DNA of 60,440 nt from Clostridia bacterium (GTDB taxonomy: Bacteria; Bacillota; Clostridia; Christensenellales; UBA1242). The translations under genes and the position numbers were made by a program. This document shows positions 27,525 through 37,995 of the stretch, one piece after another. Under the pieces are notes generated by a model. The model was not told where the DNA came from, ran no database searches, and saw nothing but the letters and a program-made list of their open reading frames with translations. Numbering within the stretch: the first letter of the stretch is position 1; the number at the start of each line of letters is the position of its first letter. The stretch lies in assembly GCA_045639255.1 (NCBI GenBank), contig JAZUCT010000007.1, forward strand, positions 1 to 60,440, written 5' to 3'.

Positions 27525-30500
27525 TTAATATGTGTTGTGATTATAAATTATTAATGTTGGGAATAAGCCAGATTTATTCCAGTTTAAACTAAATTTGCTG
27601 AACACATAATCCCTTAAATTAACTGAAACAACTTCTTTATCTATAACCATTTCCACTTTGCTGTTTTCAATATATTGTTGGAAAGTGTAAGTGTTATTTG
27701 TTTGACCAAAAGAATTTATTTTAACACCATATACAGAGTTTGGTGCTGTTATTTTTTGTTCTGAATAATTTGCGCTGTTCCAATCTGATGTGGTCCATAA
27801 TTCATTTCCCATAACAAAGTTTGATGAAATTGCTGAAACAGTTTCACTTTTCCATTTATTAAGTGCAACACAAGCTGAAATTCCAACCGTTGATGATTTA
27901 AGCCCAACAAGGCCACCAATTCTTGCAAAGATTTCAGTTTTTCCTTCGGTATAATTTAAGTATGCAAAAACCGAAGATGTTGCATAGCATTTAATTATGC
28001 TTCCATTTTTTGCTTCACCAACAAGGCCACCTGCTATATGGGCATTTCTGTTGCGAACATCAATGCGTGAATAACTGTTGCTTATTGTTCCGTCAATCAT
28101 ATAACCAACAAGCCCACCAGTTCTGTAATTTGTTTTTGCAAATAGGTTTGAAATATGTGTGTTTTCACTTGTTAATTGTGCTGTTGTTGAATCTGCAAGT
28201 TCTTTGTTTTCTTGCGAACAATCAAGGCGAACATAACCTATGCTTCCTGCACTGTGCGCAACAATTGCACCAGCGTTTCGCGTGCCATAAATTCCTTGAC
28301 TGAAATCGGTTGATTGTTGGTTCCAAACTGCAATAAATTCAGCATTGTTAATTGTTGAATTTTTGCTTAAATAACCAGCAATTCCGCCTGCATTTTCGCC
28401 TTTGATTATAACTTTATTTTCAGTTGTTAATTTGTTTAAAACACTTGATTCATTAATATCTGTTGTTAACGAATTATCAATATCATTTACAACACCAAAT
28501 AAACCACCTGCATATGAATAATTAACAAAATTTTCATCGCCATTAAATTTATAATTGGCATCATAGAACATGTTGTCTTTATACACATCTTCCATGCTGA
28601 ATTTGTTTTCGTTTTCAGATTTCCAAACTTCTGTTATGCTTCCGTGTGCAAATTCTGAACCAACAGAAACACCATTGTTAACACAATTAAATGCATTAAC
28701 ATTTTCAACATAACCAGCAATTCCACCAACCCAGTTTCTGCCTGTTACTGCTGTTTCGGTTTCACCATTTATTGAAATATCGAATAAGTGTGTGTTTTTC
28801 ATTTTTCCAGCAACTGTTCCAACAAAGTAGGATTTTGTTGCTGTTACTTCAACAACATTAAAGTTTGCATTTTTAATAACGGTTTGTTTTTCGGTTTCAA
28901 CTTTATATTCCATTGTTGAACCAAAGAAACCAAAACTGTGTGGTGCATTGGCACTTGCTTCGTTTGTTACAAGCGAAACATTTGAAATGTTAAAGCCATT
29001 TCCGTTAAATGTGCCTTTATAATTAAGTTTTTGCGATGTTATTTCTGATGCTTCAAAACTGATATCGCATACCAAAATTGCATGATAACTTGAATAACCT
29101 GTTGTTAATTTTATGAAATCGTTATAACTTTCGGCTGAATAAATAAGGTATGGTTTTGTTTTTGCTGAGCCATTCCATTGACCACCCACTTCGTTATAAC
29201 TGAATTCGTTAAGGCTTGATGTTGCTTTATTGTTTGAAGAAACAACTTCCCTTATTCTGCTTATGTTTTGTTCTGCAACAACCGGAACTGGACCAAAATC
29301 TTGATAAACATTCCAGTTAGCAGTTTCGTTGTTTATTGCAAAACTGTAAGGTGTTGAATTGTGGAAATTGTGATTATCGATCAGTGCAACACCTGATTCA
29401 ACATCAGTTACAACACTTAAATTGTTTTCTTGTTCATAAGCATAGCAATAACTTATTGAACCTTCGTTAAGCGATTGGTTAAGAGTGTTAATTGCGCTGA
29501 AAAGTGAATTTTTTGTGCTGTTAGGTGTGATTTTTGAAGATGAAACACAATTAATTATTTCACCTGAATTTTTGTTGTTATAAACAAATCCACCTGATTG
29601 AGATAAGATATTTTCAACCGAAATGTTTGCAGAACATTCTTTAATAAGGCCTGTGTTTTCATAAACAAAACCTGCGCCAGTGCCTTTTGAAATAAGAGCA
29701 TTGCCCGGGGTTGATATAACAAAATTTTCACCAAAACCTTCTGCATACGAATACATAATTCTTGCACCGTTGTTATTTGAAACAACAAAACCAGAAGTTT
29801 TTGTTTCTGCAATGAATGAACTTGTGTTTTCAAGTTTTATTGCTTTTGCATAACTTGCCGAAATTGCACCATTATTTATGCCAACAAATCCAGCAAGATT
29901 TCCGTTTGCTTGCAAGTGAATTTGTTCTTTTGAATATGTTTTATGTTTTGAAAGGTCGCCATTGTTAATTCCGTTAACCCTGGAATTTGAAATGTAACCA
30001 TTGTTTGTGCCAACAAACAAACTGAAATTTGATTTTGACACGCTTGAATTTGCTGTTAAGAATGTGTAGGTTAATTGATTTTCCTTTTCTGAATATGCTT
30101 TATATGAACCATTCAAGTTTTTATCGTAACCTTCATAATTTCCAACACTGCAATTGTTAATAATGCCGTTGTTAATTACTGCGAACAAACCAACATTAAC
30201 ATTGTTAAACATTGTTAAGTTTGTGCTTTCATCTTCATTAACATCTTGTAAATTGTTAACAAGTTTTGTGCTTTCAACAGTAAGAACAACATTTTTAATA
30301 ATTGAATTTTCACTTACTTTGTTAAACAAGCCAAGTGCAATGCTTTCGTTTGCAAAACCGCTTTCATAGAATGAACTTGCATCGAAGTTTTTAATTGTAA
30401 CAACTCTGCCATTTCCATCAACACTTTTTGCATTAAAGTTAATTGGAGTATAATTTTCCAAAACTATATTATTCATAAGAATATAATCAAGTGGATTTTC

Positions 30501-33500
30501 GGTTTCTTCGTTTAATTTTTTAATAAACTCTGCTGATGTATATATTGGATATGGATTATCGTCGCTTGAATAAACATTAACATTAATTGCAATATTACAT
30601 TCAATTTTATTGTTTTCACTTTCTGAAATTACAAATTCTCCATTTTCATTATATGAATATGCTGAATTTAAGAATATTTTTGACGAGTTTGTTGAATATC
30701 CTTGAACAGAGAAAGTTCCTTGTGTGTTAAAGAACATACGAATTATTCCATTTTCATTTGTATCTGGAATTTGGTTTTCTAAGGTTAAATATTTGCTGCT
30801 TATTAAACCACGAATTTTATTATAATCTTTCGAGTTTATTGTTTTACCATTTTTATTTTCTGCTGAATAATAAGTTGCAGAAATTAAATAATCACGCTGA
30901 CCATTATATGGAACATCGCCAAAACCATTAAATTCGTCTGTTTCACATGGTTCAATTGCAAAGTTAACCAATTTTTCTTTAACAAAAACAATTGATTTTT
31001 TTGTTTCTATTGTTTCAGTTAAACCATTTATGTTTGCAACAACTGTGAATTTAATTATATAAGTTTTGCCATATAATTCATTTGGATTTACATTAGGTTT
31101 TATTAAGTAAGGATATGTTGTTGTGTTGCCACTTACCATCGAAATGAAGTTGCCTTTTTCATCGGCTTTTCTTTCAACAGTGAAATCGTCTGTTGCACTT
31201 TCTTGTTTATCATATACTTTAACATCAATATTTTCGTTATTGAACCTTATTTGATTAAAGTTAATTTCAGCATCCATGCCAGCAACAAAAACAGAATTGC
31301 CTGAAAGTTCATTAACATATGCATTGTTTTTTGTTGGTGTTATGGTTGTTGTTGCTGAATTTTTAACAGTAAAATCGAAAGCACGAATAATATCTTCGCT
31401 GTTTGCCGAACCTTTTCCGCGAACAGTTATTGTGAATGTTGTGTTTTCAGCAATATCACTGCTGATGTAAGTTTTTAAATAGTAAATGCTTACATTTTCT
31501 TCAACATTAAGCGCAATGCTTCCATCTGGTTGATAAATTGGAAGTGGATAAACTTTTTCAATTTTATAAAAGCCTGTGTTGTTACTATCTGCAACATATT
31601 TAACTTGTTCAAAAGTTAGCCTATCACCACCCGCAGAAGATGAAGAAATATAAATATTTTCCATTTTTGCATAGGTTGGATATAAATCAAGTTGCAAAAT
31701 TCCCACATTGCCCGGAATTATAATATCGCTTGATGGCTCTGGCTCAACAGGTTTATCTGAATTTCCTTGCCTGTATGGTCCAACACCAAGTGGGAAATGC
31801 TGTGCTGAAATGTTAATAAGTTTTTGTGGAATAACTGTTAAGTTGTATGTTGCAAAAACTGTGATATTTTCTTCGTTTTCCCACAAATGTGTCCAGAACT
31901 TAAATTCAAACTGTTCGTTTTGTGAAATTGTTGCTTTTTTATTGTTATGAATTTTAATTAAGAAAGTGTAGGTTGTTTGATAATATGTGTTTCCATTAAT
32001 TTCAGTTGTGTTTATTTCACCTTGTTGAATATTAACAGATAAAATATCGCTTTTGCCTGTTAATTGGTGTTCCAATTTTTCGGCATTTGAATTTGAAACA
32101 ATATCTTTTGTTGTAAGAAGAGTTACAACAAATTCAGTTTCGTCAATTGGATAAATTGATTCGCTTGTTTTGTTAACTGAAATAAGGTTTGCCCTTTCGG
32201 TGCATTTAATTGTGAAAGTTATTGTGTTTGAAAGATAATGTTTAATATTTGCTGAAATTTGAATATATGGTTTTAAAGTTACTTTAACCGAACATTCTTT
32301 TATTGCTGTAAATGTTAAAGTGCTTGGGTTAAATGTTAAGCCATAAGTTGCAAGTTCGCTTTCTGAAAGTGAAAGGTCGCTGCCTGAAAGTGAAAGTTCA
32401 TAACTTATGTTTTTGTTAACATCAAAATTATCAAAAGTTGCGTTTGCATTAATTTTAACTGTTTGATATTTTTCAATTGTTAAAACATCTTTGTTTTCGT
32501 TAAATGCAGATGAAACATAGTTAATGTTATTAACTCCATTAACAACAAAGATATCAAAACTGCAATTAACATTTTTGTTTTTTAATGCTGTTAAGGTTAT
32601 TGTTGCTTTTCCTTCGCCATTAAGTTTGAATTTTGCAACACCGCCATCAATTACAATTGAAACAGCACTTGGGTTATCAGATTGTGCCACAAGTTGAAGA
32701 TGTTTAACGCTTGGATTTGGTGTTACAGTTAGCAATTCATTAAGTGCATATAGGTTTAGTGTTTCGCTTATTTTTTCAATTTCAATGATTGGTGTTTTTA
32801 AATACGCAATGAAAGTTGAGTTTAAATTTTCGTGATTAACAAAGTTTTCAATGGTGTTAAGTTTAAGTTCCAAACCTTCTGGGATTTTTTCAACTGGATT
32901 GTTTTTAAGTTCGTTTGCTTCCCAGTTATCTGAATTATCTTTGTGGAAATCAGAATTAACAAAATAATCTTGCAATGTTCCGCTGTTTTGTGCAACTGCA
33001 CTGATATTTGAGCCAAGAAGAGCATAAGTTTGTGAAATTGTGCCACTGTTTGTGCCAGCAAATGCACCGCAACGAGAAACCCCTGTTAACAAGTTATCAA
33101 TAACAAAACTGCGAACATAACTTAATGAAATTAAGCCATAATTATCGCCTGCAATTCCACCAACTGTGGTTCCTGAAATTGTTTCGTTTGACTTATATGC
33201 TTCAACATAACATTTTTCAATTGTTGTTCCCAAATCTTGAAGATTAATTCCAACAATTCCACCAACTGTGGTTCCGTTTATGTTTGCATTAACAAAACAA
33301 TTTGAAATGCTTTTACTGTTATAACCTGCAATTCCACCAACAACTCCACCTGTTAATGCAACGCCATCTTCGTTAACACAATGCACTGAAACGCTTTCAA
33401 TTTTGCCGTTATTTGTGCCTGAAACAGCACCAACGCTTGAATTTTCAGATGCTGAAATTATGCCAATTAAATCAAAGTTTTCAAAGTTAAATGAAGTTAG

Positions 33501-36500
33501 AATTTCTGTGCCTTCATTTTCAGTTGAACTATTATTGTTCCAGTGAACATAAGTTCCTGTTATTTCGCCTAAGTTTAAGCCAGCCAAACCACCAATATTT
33601 TGTGCTGTGCTTGATTGAATTTTAAAGTTAACAAGATTAATGCGTTCAAGTTTTGCACCATTTTTAAGGGTTGAAACAAACCCAAGGTTTTGAAGTGCAT
33701 ATTTTTCAGCATTAAGATTGCTTTCGATAATTGTTAAGTTTGAAATGGCAAAGTTTAAACCATCTCGGCCACCATATAAACCACCACTGAAACCAATTTC
33801 AATTCCGGTTTCATCTTTAAGCGAACCAATTGGTGCAAAGTTAATGTTGTTTAAGTTTATATGAGCATTAAGAACATAGAAATATGAAAGATTTTCTGCA
33901 CTTTGGTTAACTTCCAAAAGTTCTTCTGCGGTTTTTATTTCAAACGGATTTTCTTTTGTGCCATCAGCAACATAAATTTGAATGGTGGTTATTTCTGCTT
34001 TTGGTGCATTTTCAGGGTTTCCACCATTTTCAATTTCAACTTTTAAAACATCATTTTCTTTAATAACCGATGTAACACTATCTTCCCTTGCAACATAAAC
34101 ATAACATTCGCCGGCTGAAATTGGTGTTATTTTGCCCGAGAATTCATCTACGGTTGCAATGTTTGGATTTGAAGAAAAATATCTTAACTTTTTGTTAAAT
34201 GCGTTAAGTGGTGTTACTTGTGCATTAATTGTGAATGTGTTATTTTCTGAGTTTAACCCATTGCGTGCATCGAAATATTTTTGATATTTTAAAGATGCAA
34301 TTTTTTTGTTTCCGTTATATTCTTCAAGGTTTAAAATGTTAACATTTCCAATAATGGTTGCACGCACAAGTTTTATTTCTTTAAAGAATTTAACTTGGCG
34401 ACCATATTGGCTGAACGAAAGATTAACTGTGAAGTTTATGCTGTTAACACCTAAAAAGCCACTGCCTTCATCGTATGCATCAAGCGAAGCAAACGAAAGT
34501 GTTAACTTGTTATCGTTTTTGGTTGCTTTAATGTTTTGAAGCCATTTAATGTTTAAATAATCAACATCTTCTGCCCATTCAATTTCAACATCGTTAATTT
34601 GCCAATTAACTTCAACTTTATCTTCATTTTCAAGGCTAAGGCTGTTAAAAATGCTTTCATTAAGTGTTGCCGAAAGGCTGGTTTTTGATAGGTTTGGATA
34701 TAACGCGCCAACACTATCTGCCATATAAATTGTGTCACTGAAACCGCCATCAACAACAATGTTAACATTTGAAATGCCCTCAACAATTGTTACATTAATT
34801 ATGTAAGTTGTTTTAAATTCTGTGCAAACACTTTGTTCAAACTTCCAACCAATTATGGTTGCTGAAATTATTGCAGAGTTGCCTTTTGCATAACTTCCTG
34901 TTGTTATTGTGCCGTTTGAAGAAACTGAACAACAATTATTGTTTGCTTGAACAGAAAATTTTTCAATAACTGTTGCATTATTGTTTTTAACAAATGCAAC
35001 ATCAATTGATTTGTTTTGGAAAATTTTATATTTTGCAGTTTTATTTTCTGCATTATATTCAAGGTAAGCAACCCCTGAATTTTCGTTTATTGTTGGAAGT
35101 GAAAGTGAAATTTGTGTTTCATCAATTGCAACAACAACTTTTGCTTTAAACACAATATTAAAACTGTTTAAAGAAGAAAGTTCAATGTTAACTTCGCCAA
35201 CTTCCAAACCTGTTAGAACAAACACTTCTTTATTGTTTGAACCATCGGTTATGGTTGTTTTTTCAATATCAACAATTTCTGAACCATTTAAAACTTTTGC
35301 AACTAAATCTGTGTTTTCAAGGTTAATAACATATTCATTTGCGTCGGTTAAAACAAGGTTAAGTGTGCATGATTTGCCTTTTTCAATCATAAGCACATTT
35401 TCTGTTTTATCGGTTGCTGTTGAAATTTCGGTTAAATTTTCAATTTCTGCATTTGCTATGCCTTGATATGTTTTAACAATCATGTTGTTAGAAATATTTT
35501 CAAAATTTGTGCTTTCAAAAACAATTTCCATGCCATCAAGCCCATTAATTTCGCCATTTACAAATGCATAAATTGTTACACCGCTTGGAATGTTTTGAAG
35601 GTCTGTTATTTCAGTTTCGTCACTGAACAACCAAGTGATTTTTGAAAAATCTGGGTGCGAAGAACTTATTTTTATGTAACTGTTTTCTTCTTCAACTCCG
35701 TTTGGATAAACATTAAGTTTAACCGCTGTGCCTAAAACTCCATTTACATAAGATGTGAAAAGTGAAAGTTCTTGGCCAGTTTGATTTGAGTTGTTAATTA
35801 AAATATCGGTTGGAACAAAAACATTTTTAATTGGCAATTCAAAGTTAAAAGGTGAATATGTTTCATAGCCAGAAACAAAGCATGAAACACTTAAAACTGT
35901 TTCTTTTGCCACAAGCCCTGAAAGTTCGAAACTTTTTTCGTTAAGTTTTAAAACATTAACAATTGTTGAGTTTTGTGAAACAACATTAAATTCATAGTTT
36001 TCAGTTGTTGCGGTTTCAAAGGTTAAAACTGGTTTTGCGTTATCGTTTAGGCGAATTATAAGTTGTTCTTGAACATCTTGGTTATCAAGTTTTATTGAAA
36101 TTTCATCAAGTGATTTAATTGCTTCAATAACCCTTACTTCTAAGAATTGCTCTTCCCCTTGTTGATTTTTAGGGGTAAGGCTTGTTGCAATATTTTCAAC
36201 CTTAACACGAATTGCACCATTTTCTGTTGTTGGTTTTTTGTTGCCAACAGAAAGCAATCCTGATGGTGTTAACTCAATGTTTTCATATTCATCAACAAGG
36301 CTGAACTTAACATCTTTTTCGGTGATGTTATCTCCGCCTTCGCCATAGTTAACAGCCAAATCGCCGTTAAGTTGCAACTTGCCATTAACACTTACTGCTG
36401 GTTTATAACCTTCGTTTAAAAACATTTCAGTTGGCTTAATGCTTATGCTTACAGAAATATTTGCACTTTTTCCACCTTCTTGGCTGGCAACTGTTATAAC

Positions 36501-36815
36501 GGCAGATTTTTCGGTTGCACTTAAAATTGGCAAAATTGAAATCTCTGTTTCGCCTTTTTCGTTAACAACTGTTGAAAGGCTTATGCAACTGCTTTGAGTG
36601 GTTACAATAAGATTTTTTGAAACATTTTCACCCACCCCGCTTACACTTGCAGTAACAACTTTTGGCTGAATATCTTCTTGCTTATTTTCTAACTCAATTT
36701 TTATTTCAGTTTCGGAAAGATGGATTTTCATGTTCTTATATGGATTGGAACAACCCACAAACAATGAAACACAACCAATAAACAATGTTAAAAGTGCCAA
36801 AATTTTTGTTTTCAT
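27525..36815 (-). CDS. giant surface lipoprotein 2 (about 3,096 aa): Ig-like repeats and three GLUG-motif modules; paralog of giant 1
   Basis: Uninterrupted 9.3-kb ORF. ATG at 36815 has a GGTGA RBS (an alternative ATG lies at 36827). Lipobox LFVGC. Collinear with giant 1 up to its stop. Confidence 0.85.
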   Translation of the reverse strand: MKTKILALLTLFIGCVSLFVGCSNPYKNMKIHLSETEIKIELENKQEDIQPKVVTASVSGVGENVSKNLIVTTQSSCISLSTVVNEKGETEISILPILSATEKSAVITVASQEGGKSANISVSISIKPTEMFLNEGYKPAVSVNGKLQLNGDLAVNYGEGGDNITEKDVKFSLVDEYENIELTPSGLLSVGNKKPTTENGAIRVKVENIATSLTPKNQQGEEQFLEVRVIEAIKSLDEISIKLDNQDVQEQLIIRLNDNAKPVLTFETATTENYEFNVVSQNSTIVNVLKLNEKSFELSGLVAKETVLSVSCFVSGYETYSPFNFELPIKNVFVPTDILINNSNQTGQELSLFTSYVNGVLGTAVKLNVYPNGVEEENSYIKISSSHPDFSKITWLFSDETEITDLQNIPSGVTIYAFVNGEINGLDGMEIVFESTNFENISNNMIVKTYQGIANAEIENLTEISTATDKTENVLMIEKGKSCTLNLVLTDANEYVINLENTDLVAKVLNGSEIVDIEKTTITDGSNNKEVFVLTGLEVGEVNIELSSLNSFNIVFKAKVVVAIDETQISLSLPTINENSGVAYLEYNAENKTAKYKIFQNKSIDVAFVKNNNATVIEKFSVQANNNCCSVSSNGTITTGSYAKGNSAIISATIIGWKFEQSVCTEFKTTYIINVTIVEGISNVNIVVDGGFSDTIYMADSVGALYPNLSKTSLSATLNESIFNSLSLENEDKVEVNWQINDVEIEWAEDVDYLNIKWLQNIKATKNDNKLTLSFASLDAYDEGSGFLGVNSINFTVNLSFSQYGRQVKFFKEIKLVRATIIGNVNILNLEEYNGNKKIASLKYQKYFDARNGLNSENNTFTINAQVTPLNAFNKKLRYFSSNPNIATVDEFSGKITPISAGECYVYVAREDSVTSVIKENDVLKVEIENGGNPENAPKAEITTIQIYVADGTKENPFEIKTAEELLEVNQSAENLSYFYVLNAHINLNNINFAPIGSLKDETGIEIGFSGGLYGGRDGLNFAISNLTIIESNLNAEKYALQNLGFVSTLKNGAKLERINLVNFKIQSSTAQNIGGLAGLNLGEITGTYVHWNNNSSTENEGTEILTSFNFENFDLIGIISASENSSVGAVSGTNNGKIESVSVHCVNEDGVALTGGVVGGIAGYNSKSISNCFVNANINGTTVGGIVGINLQDLGTTIEKCYVEAYKSNETISGTTVGGIAGDNYGLISLSYVRSFVIDNLLTGVSRCGAFAGTNSGTISQTYALLGSNISAVAQNSGTLQDYFVNSDFHKDNSDNWEANELKNNPVEKIPEGLELKLNTIENFVNHENLNSTFIAYLKTPIIEIEKISETLNLYALNELLTVTPNPSVKHLQLVAQSDNPSAVSIVIDGGVAKFKLNGEGKATITLTALKNKNVNCSFDIFVVNGVNNINYVSSAFNENKDVLTIEKYQTVKINANATFDNFDVNKNISYELSLSGSDLSLSESELATYGLTFNPSTLTFTAIKECSVKVTLKPYIQISANIKHYLSNTITFTIKCTERANLISVNKTSESIYPIDETEFVVTLLTTKDIVSNSNAEKLEHQLTGKSDILSVNIQQGEINTTEINGNTYYQTTYTFLIKIHNNKKATISQNEQFEFKFWTHLWENEENITVFATYNLTVIPQKLINISAQHFPLGVGPYRQGNSDKPVEPEPSSDIIIPGNVGILQLDLYPTYAKMENIYISSSSAGGDRLTFEQVKYVADSNNTGFYKIEKVYPLPIYQPDGSIALNVEENVSIYYLKTYISSDIAENTTFTITVRGKGSANSEDIIRAFDFTVKNSATTTITPTKNNAYVNELSGNSVFVAGMDAEINFNQIRFNNENIDVKVYDKQESATDDFTVERKADEKGNFISMVSGNTTTYPYLIKPNVNPNELYGKTYIIKFTVVANINGLTETIETKKSIVFVKEKLVNFAIEPCETDEFNGFGDVPYNGQRDYLISATYYSAENKNGKTINSKDYNKIRGLISSKYLTLENQIPDTNENGIIRMFFNTQGTFSVQGYSTNSSKIFLNSAYSYNENGEFVISESENNKIECNIAINVNVYSSDDNPYPIYTSAEFIKKLNEETENPLDYILMNNIVLENYTPINFNAKSVDGNGRVVTIKNFDASSFYESGFANESIALGLFNKVSENSIIKNVVLTVESTKLVNNLQDVNEDESTNLTMFNNVNVGLFAVINNGIINNCSVGNYEGYDKNLNGSYKAYSEKENQLTYTFLTANSSVSKSNFSLFVGTNNGYISNSRVNGINNGDLSKHKTYSKEQIHLQANGNLAGFVGINNGAISASYAKAIKLENTSSFIAETKTSGFVVSNNNGARIMYSYAEGFGENFVISTPGNALISKGTGAGFVYENTGLIKECSANISVENILSQSGGFVYNNKNSGEIINCVSSSKITPNSTKNSLFSAINTLNQSLNEGSISYCYAYEQENNLSVVTDVESGVALIDNHNFHNSTPYSFAINNETANWNVYQDFGPVPVVAEQNISRIREVVSSNNKATSSLNEFSYNEVGGQWNGSAKTKPYLIYSAESYNDFIKLTTGYSSYHAILVCDISFEASEITSQKLNYKGTFNGNGFNISNVSLVTNEASANAPHSFGFFGSTMEYKVETEKQTVIKNANFNVVEVTATKSYFVGTVAGKMKNTHLFDISINGETETAVTGRNWVGGIAGYVENVNAFNCVNNGVSVGSEFAHGSITEVWKSENENKFSMEDVYKDNMFYDANYKFNGDENFVNYSYAGGLFGVVNDIDNSLTTDINESSVLNKLTTENKVIIKGENAGGIAGYLSKNSTINNAEFIAVWNQQSTDFSQGIYGTRNAGAIVAHSAGSIGYVRLDCSQENKELADSTTAQLTSENTHISNLFAKTNYRTGGLVGYMIDGTISNSYSRIDVRNRNAHIAGGLVGEAKNGSIIKCYATSSVFAYLNYTEGKTEIFARIGGLVGLKSSTVGISACVALNKWKSETVSAISSNFVMGNELWTTSDWNSANYSEQKITAPNSVYGVKINSFGQTNNTYTFQQYIENSKVEMVIDKEVVSVNLRDYVFSKFSLNWNKSGLFPTLIIYNHNTY

Positions 36816-36890
36816 AACTTTCACCATATCGCCTTTTTGTTAGTTTGTTTTAAATAGTGCAAAATATTTGTGCAATATTTATTTTCTTTA

Positions 36891-36919
36891 AGTATAATAT
36901 TATAAATAATATAAGTCAA
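36891..36919 (-). promoter_or_regulatory. promoter candidate for giant gene 2 (TTGACT-17-TATACT)
   Basis: Minus strand reads TTGACTTATATTATTTATAATATTATACT, about 75 nt upstream of the ATG. Confidence 0.45.
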
Positions 36920-37118
36920 ACAAACAAAAAACCAAACTTTAAGAAGTTTAATCTTAAAGTTCGACAATCTTTTTAAGCACATATTTTGAGTTTTGCCTTG
37001 TTTTTAAAGGGGATTAACAAATTTTATTTAATGCTTTTTAAAATTAATTAAATAATATTTATGTTGACACTTTTTCTGTTTTATGGCAAAATTTTTAGGA
37101 ATTTAAAAGGTGATTTTT

Positions 37119-37883
37119 ATGCAAAGAGTTTTAAGTTATGTAAGGCGTGCAGTTGAGTTATATAACATGATTGAAGAAGGTGATAACATTGCCGTTGGCG
37201 TTAGTGGTGGAAAGGATAGCCTTGTTCTTGTTAAAGCGTTGGCAATGCTAAGGCGATTTTATCCAAAAAAATTTGATATTCAAGCAATAACAATTGATTT
37301 GTTTGAAGGCAAAAGTGACTATTCAAAAGTTAAAGACTTTATGCAAGAACTGAATGTTAATTATTATGTTGTTGAAAGCAATATCTATTCGGTTATTTTT
37401 GAAGAACGCAAAGAAAAAAGCCCTTGTTCGCTTTGTTCCAAAATGCGCAGGGGAGCATTGAACACAAAGGCAAAAGAATTGGGTTGCAATAAAATTGCAC
37501 TGGGTCACCATGCCGATGATATTATGGAAACATTTTTGTTAAGCCTTATTTATGAAGGCAGGTTAAGTGTTTTTCACCCTGTTTCTTACATGAGTAACAC
37601 TGGGCTTTCAGTTATTCGCCCACTTGTGCTTGCACCTGAAAGACTTATTGCAAATGTTTCAAAAGATATGCCAGTTTTTCATAACTGTTGCCCTGTTAAC
37701 CACCAAACCAAACGGGAATATATGAAAAATCTTTTAATAGATTTGGAAAAAGATATTCCGTTTGTTAAAGATAGAATTCTTGGAGCAATTGTTAACACTG
37801 ACCGCTATAACATGCTTGATAAAATGGAAGAAAAAAACCATTTAAGCAAAATTGAACACTTAAATAACCCACCCCAAAATTAA
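37119..37883 (+). CDS. ttcA: PP-loop ATPase, TtcA-like tRNA 2-thiocytidine synthetase family
   Basis: SGGKDS PP-loop, CSLCSKMRRG and GHHADD motifs. ATG at 37119 has an AAAGG RBS (the GTG at 37110 is less likely). Confidence 0.75.
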   Translation: MQRVLSYVRRAVELYNMIEEGDNIAVGVSGGKDSLVLVKALAMLRRFYPKKFDIQAITIDLFEGKSDYSKVKDFMQELNVNYYVVESNIYSVIFEERKEKSPCSLCSKMRRGALNTKAKELGCNKIALGHHADDIMETFLLSLIYEGRLSVFHPVSYMSNTGLSVIRPLVLAPERLIANVSKDMPVFHNCCPVNHQTKREYMKNLLIDLEKDIPFVKDRILGAIVNTDRYNMLDKMEEKNHLSKIEHLNNPPQN

Positions 37884-37896
37884 GGTGGGTTTTTTG
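37867..37896 (+). terminator. rho-independent terminator
   Basis: ACCCACC-10 nt loop-GGTGGGT followed by TTTTTT. The loop contains the ttcA stop codon. Confidence 0.6.
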
Positions 37897-37938
37897 TTTC
37901 GTTTTTAAATTTATTGTTTATTGTTTTTTCATTTTTAG

Positions 37939-37967
37939 ACATATTCTTACAAATTAATTCATATATT
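37939..37967 (+). promoter_or_regulatory. sigma-E-like sporulation promoter candidate upstream of spoIIID
   Basis: ACATATT, then exactly 14 nt, then CATATATT. Compared with the Bacillus sigma-E consensus as I remember it (ZHATAXX-14-CATACAHT), the -10 element matches 6/8. Confidence 0.35.
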
Positions 37968-37995
37968 TTAACACCGAACATTAAGGAGTTAAAAC

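Noticed and set aside
28010-35645. ORFs of 60-97 aa on both strands inside giant gene 2.
   Set aside because: Same reasoning as for giant gene 1: nested or antisense within a 9.3-kb open frame with no independent signals.
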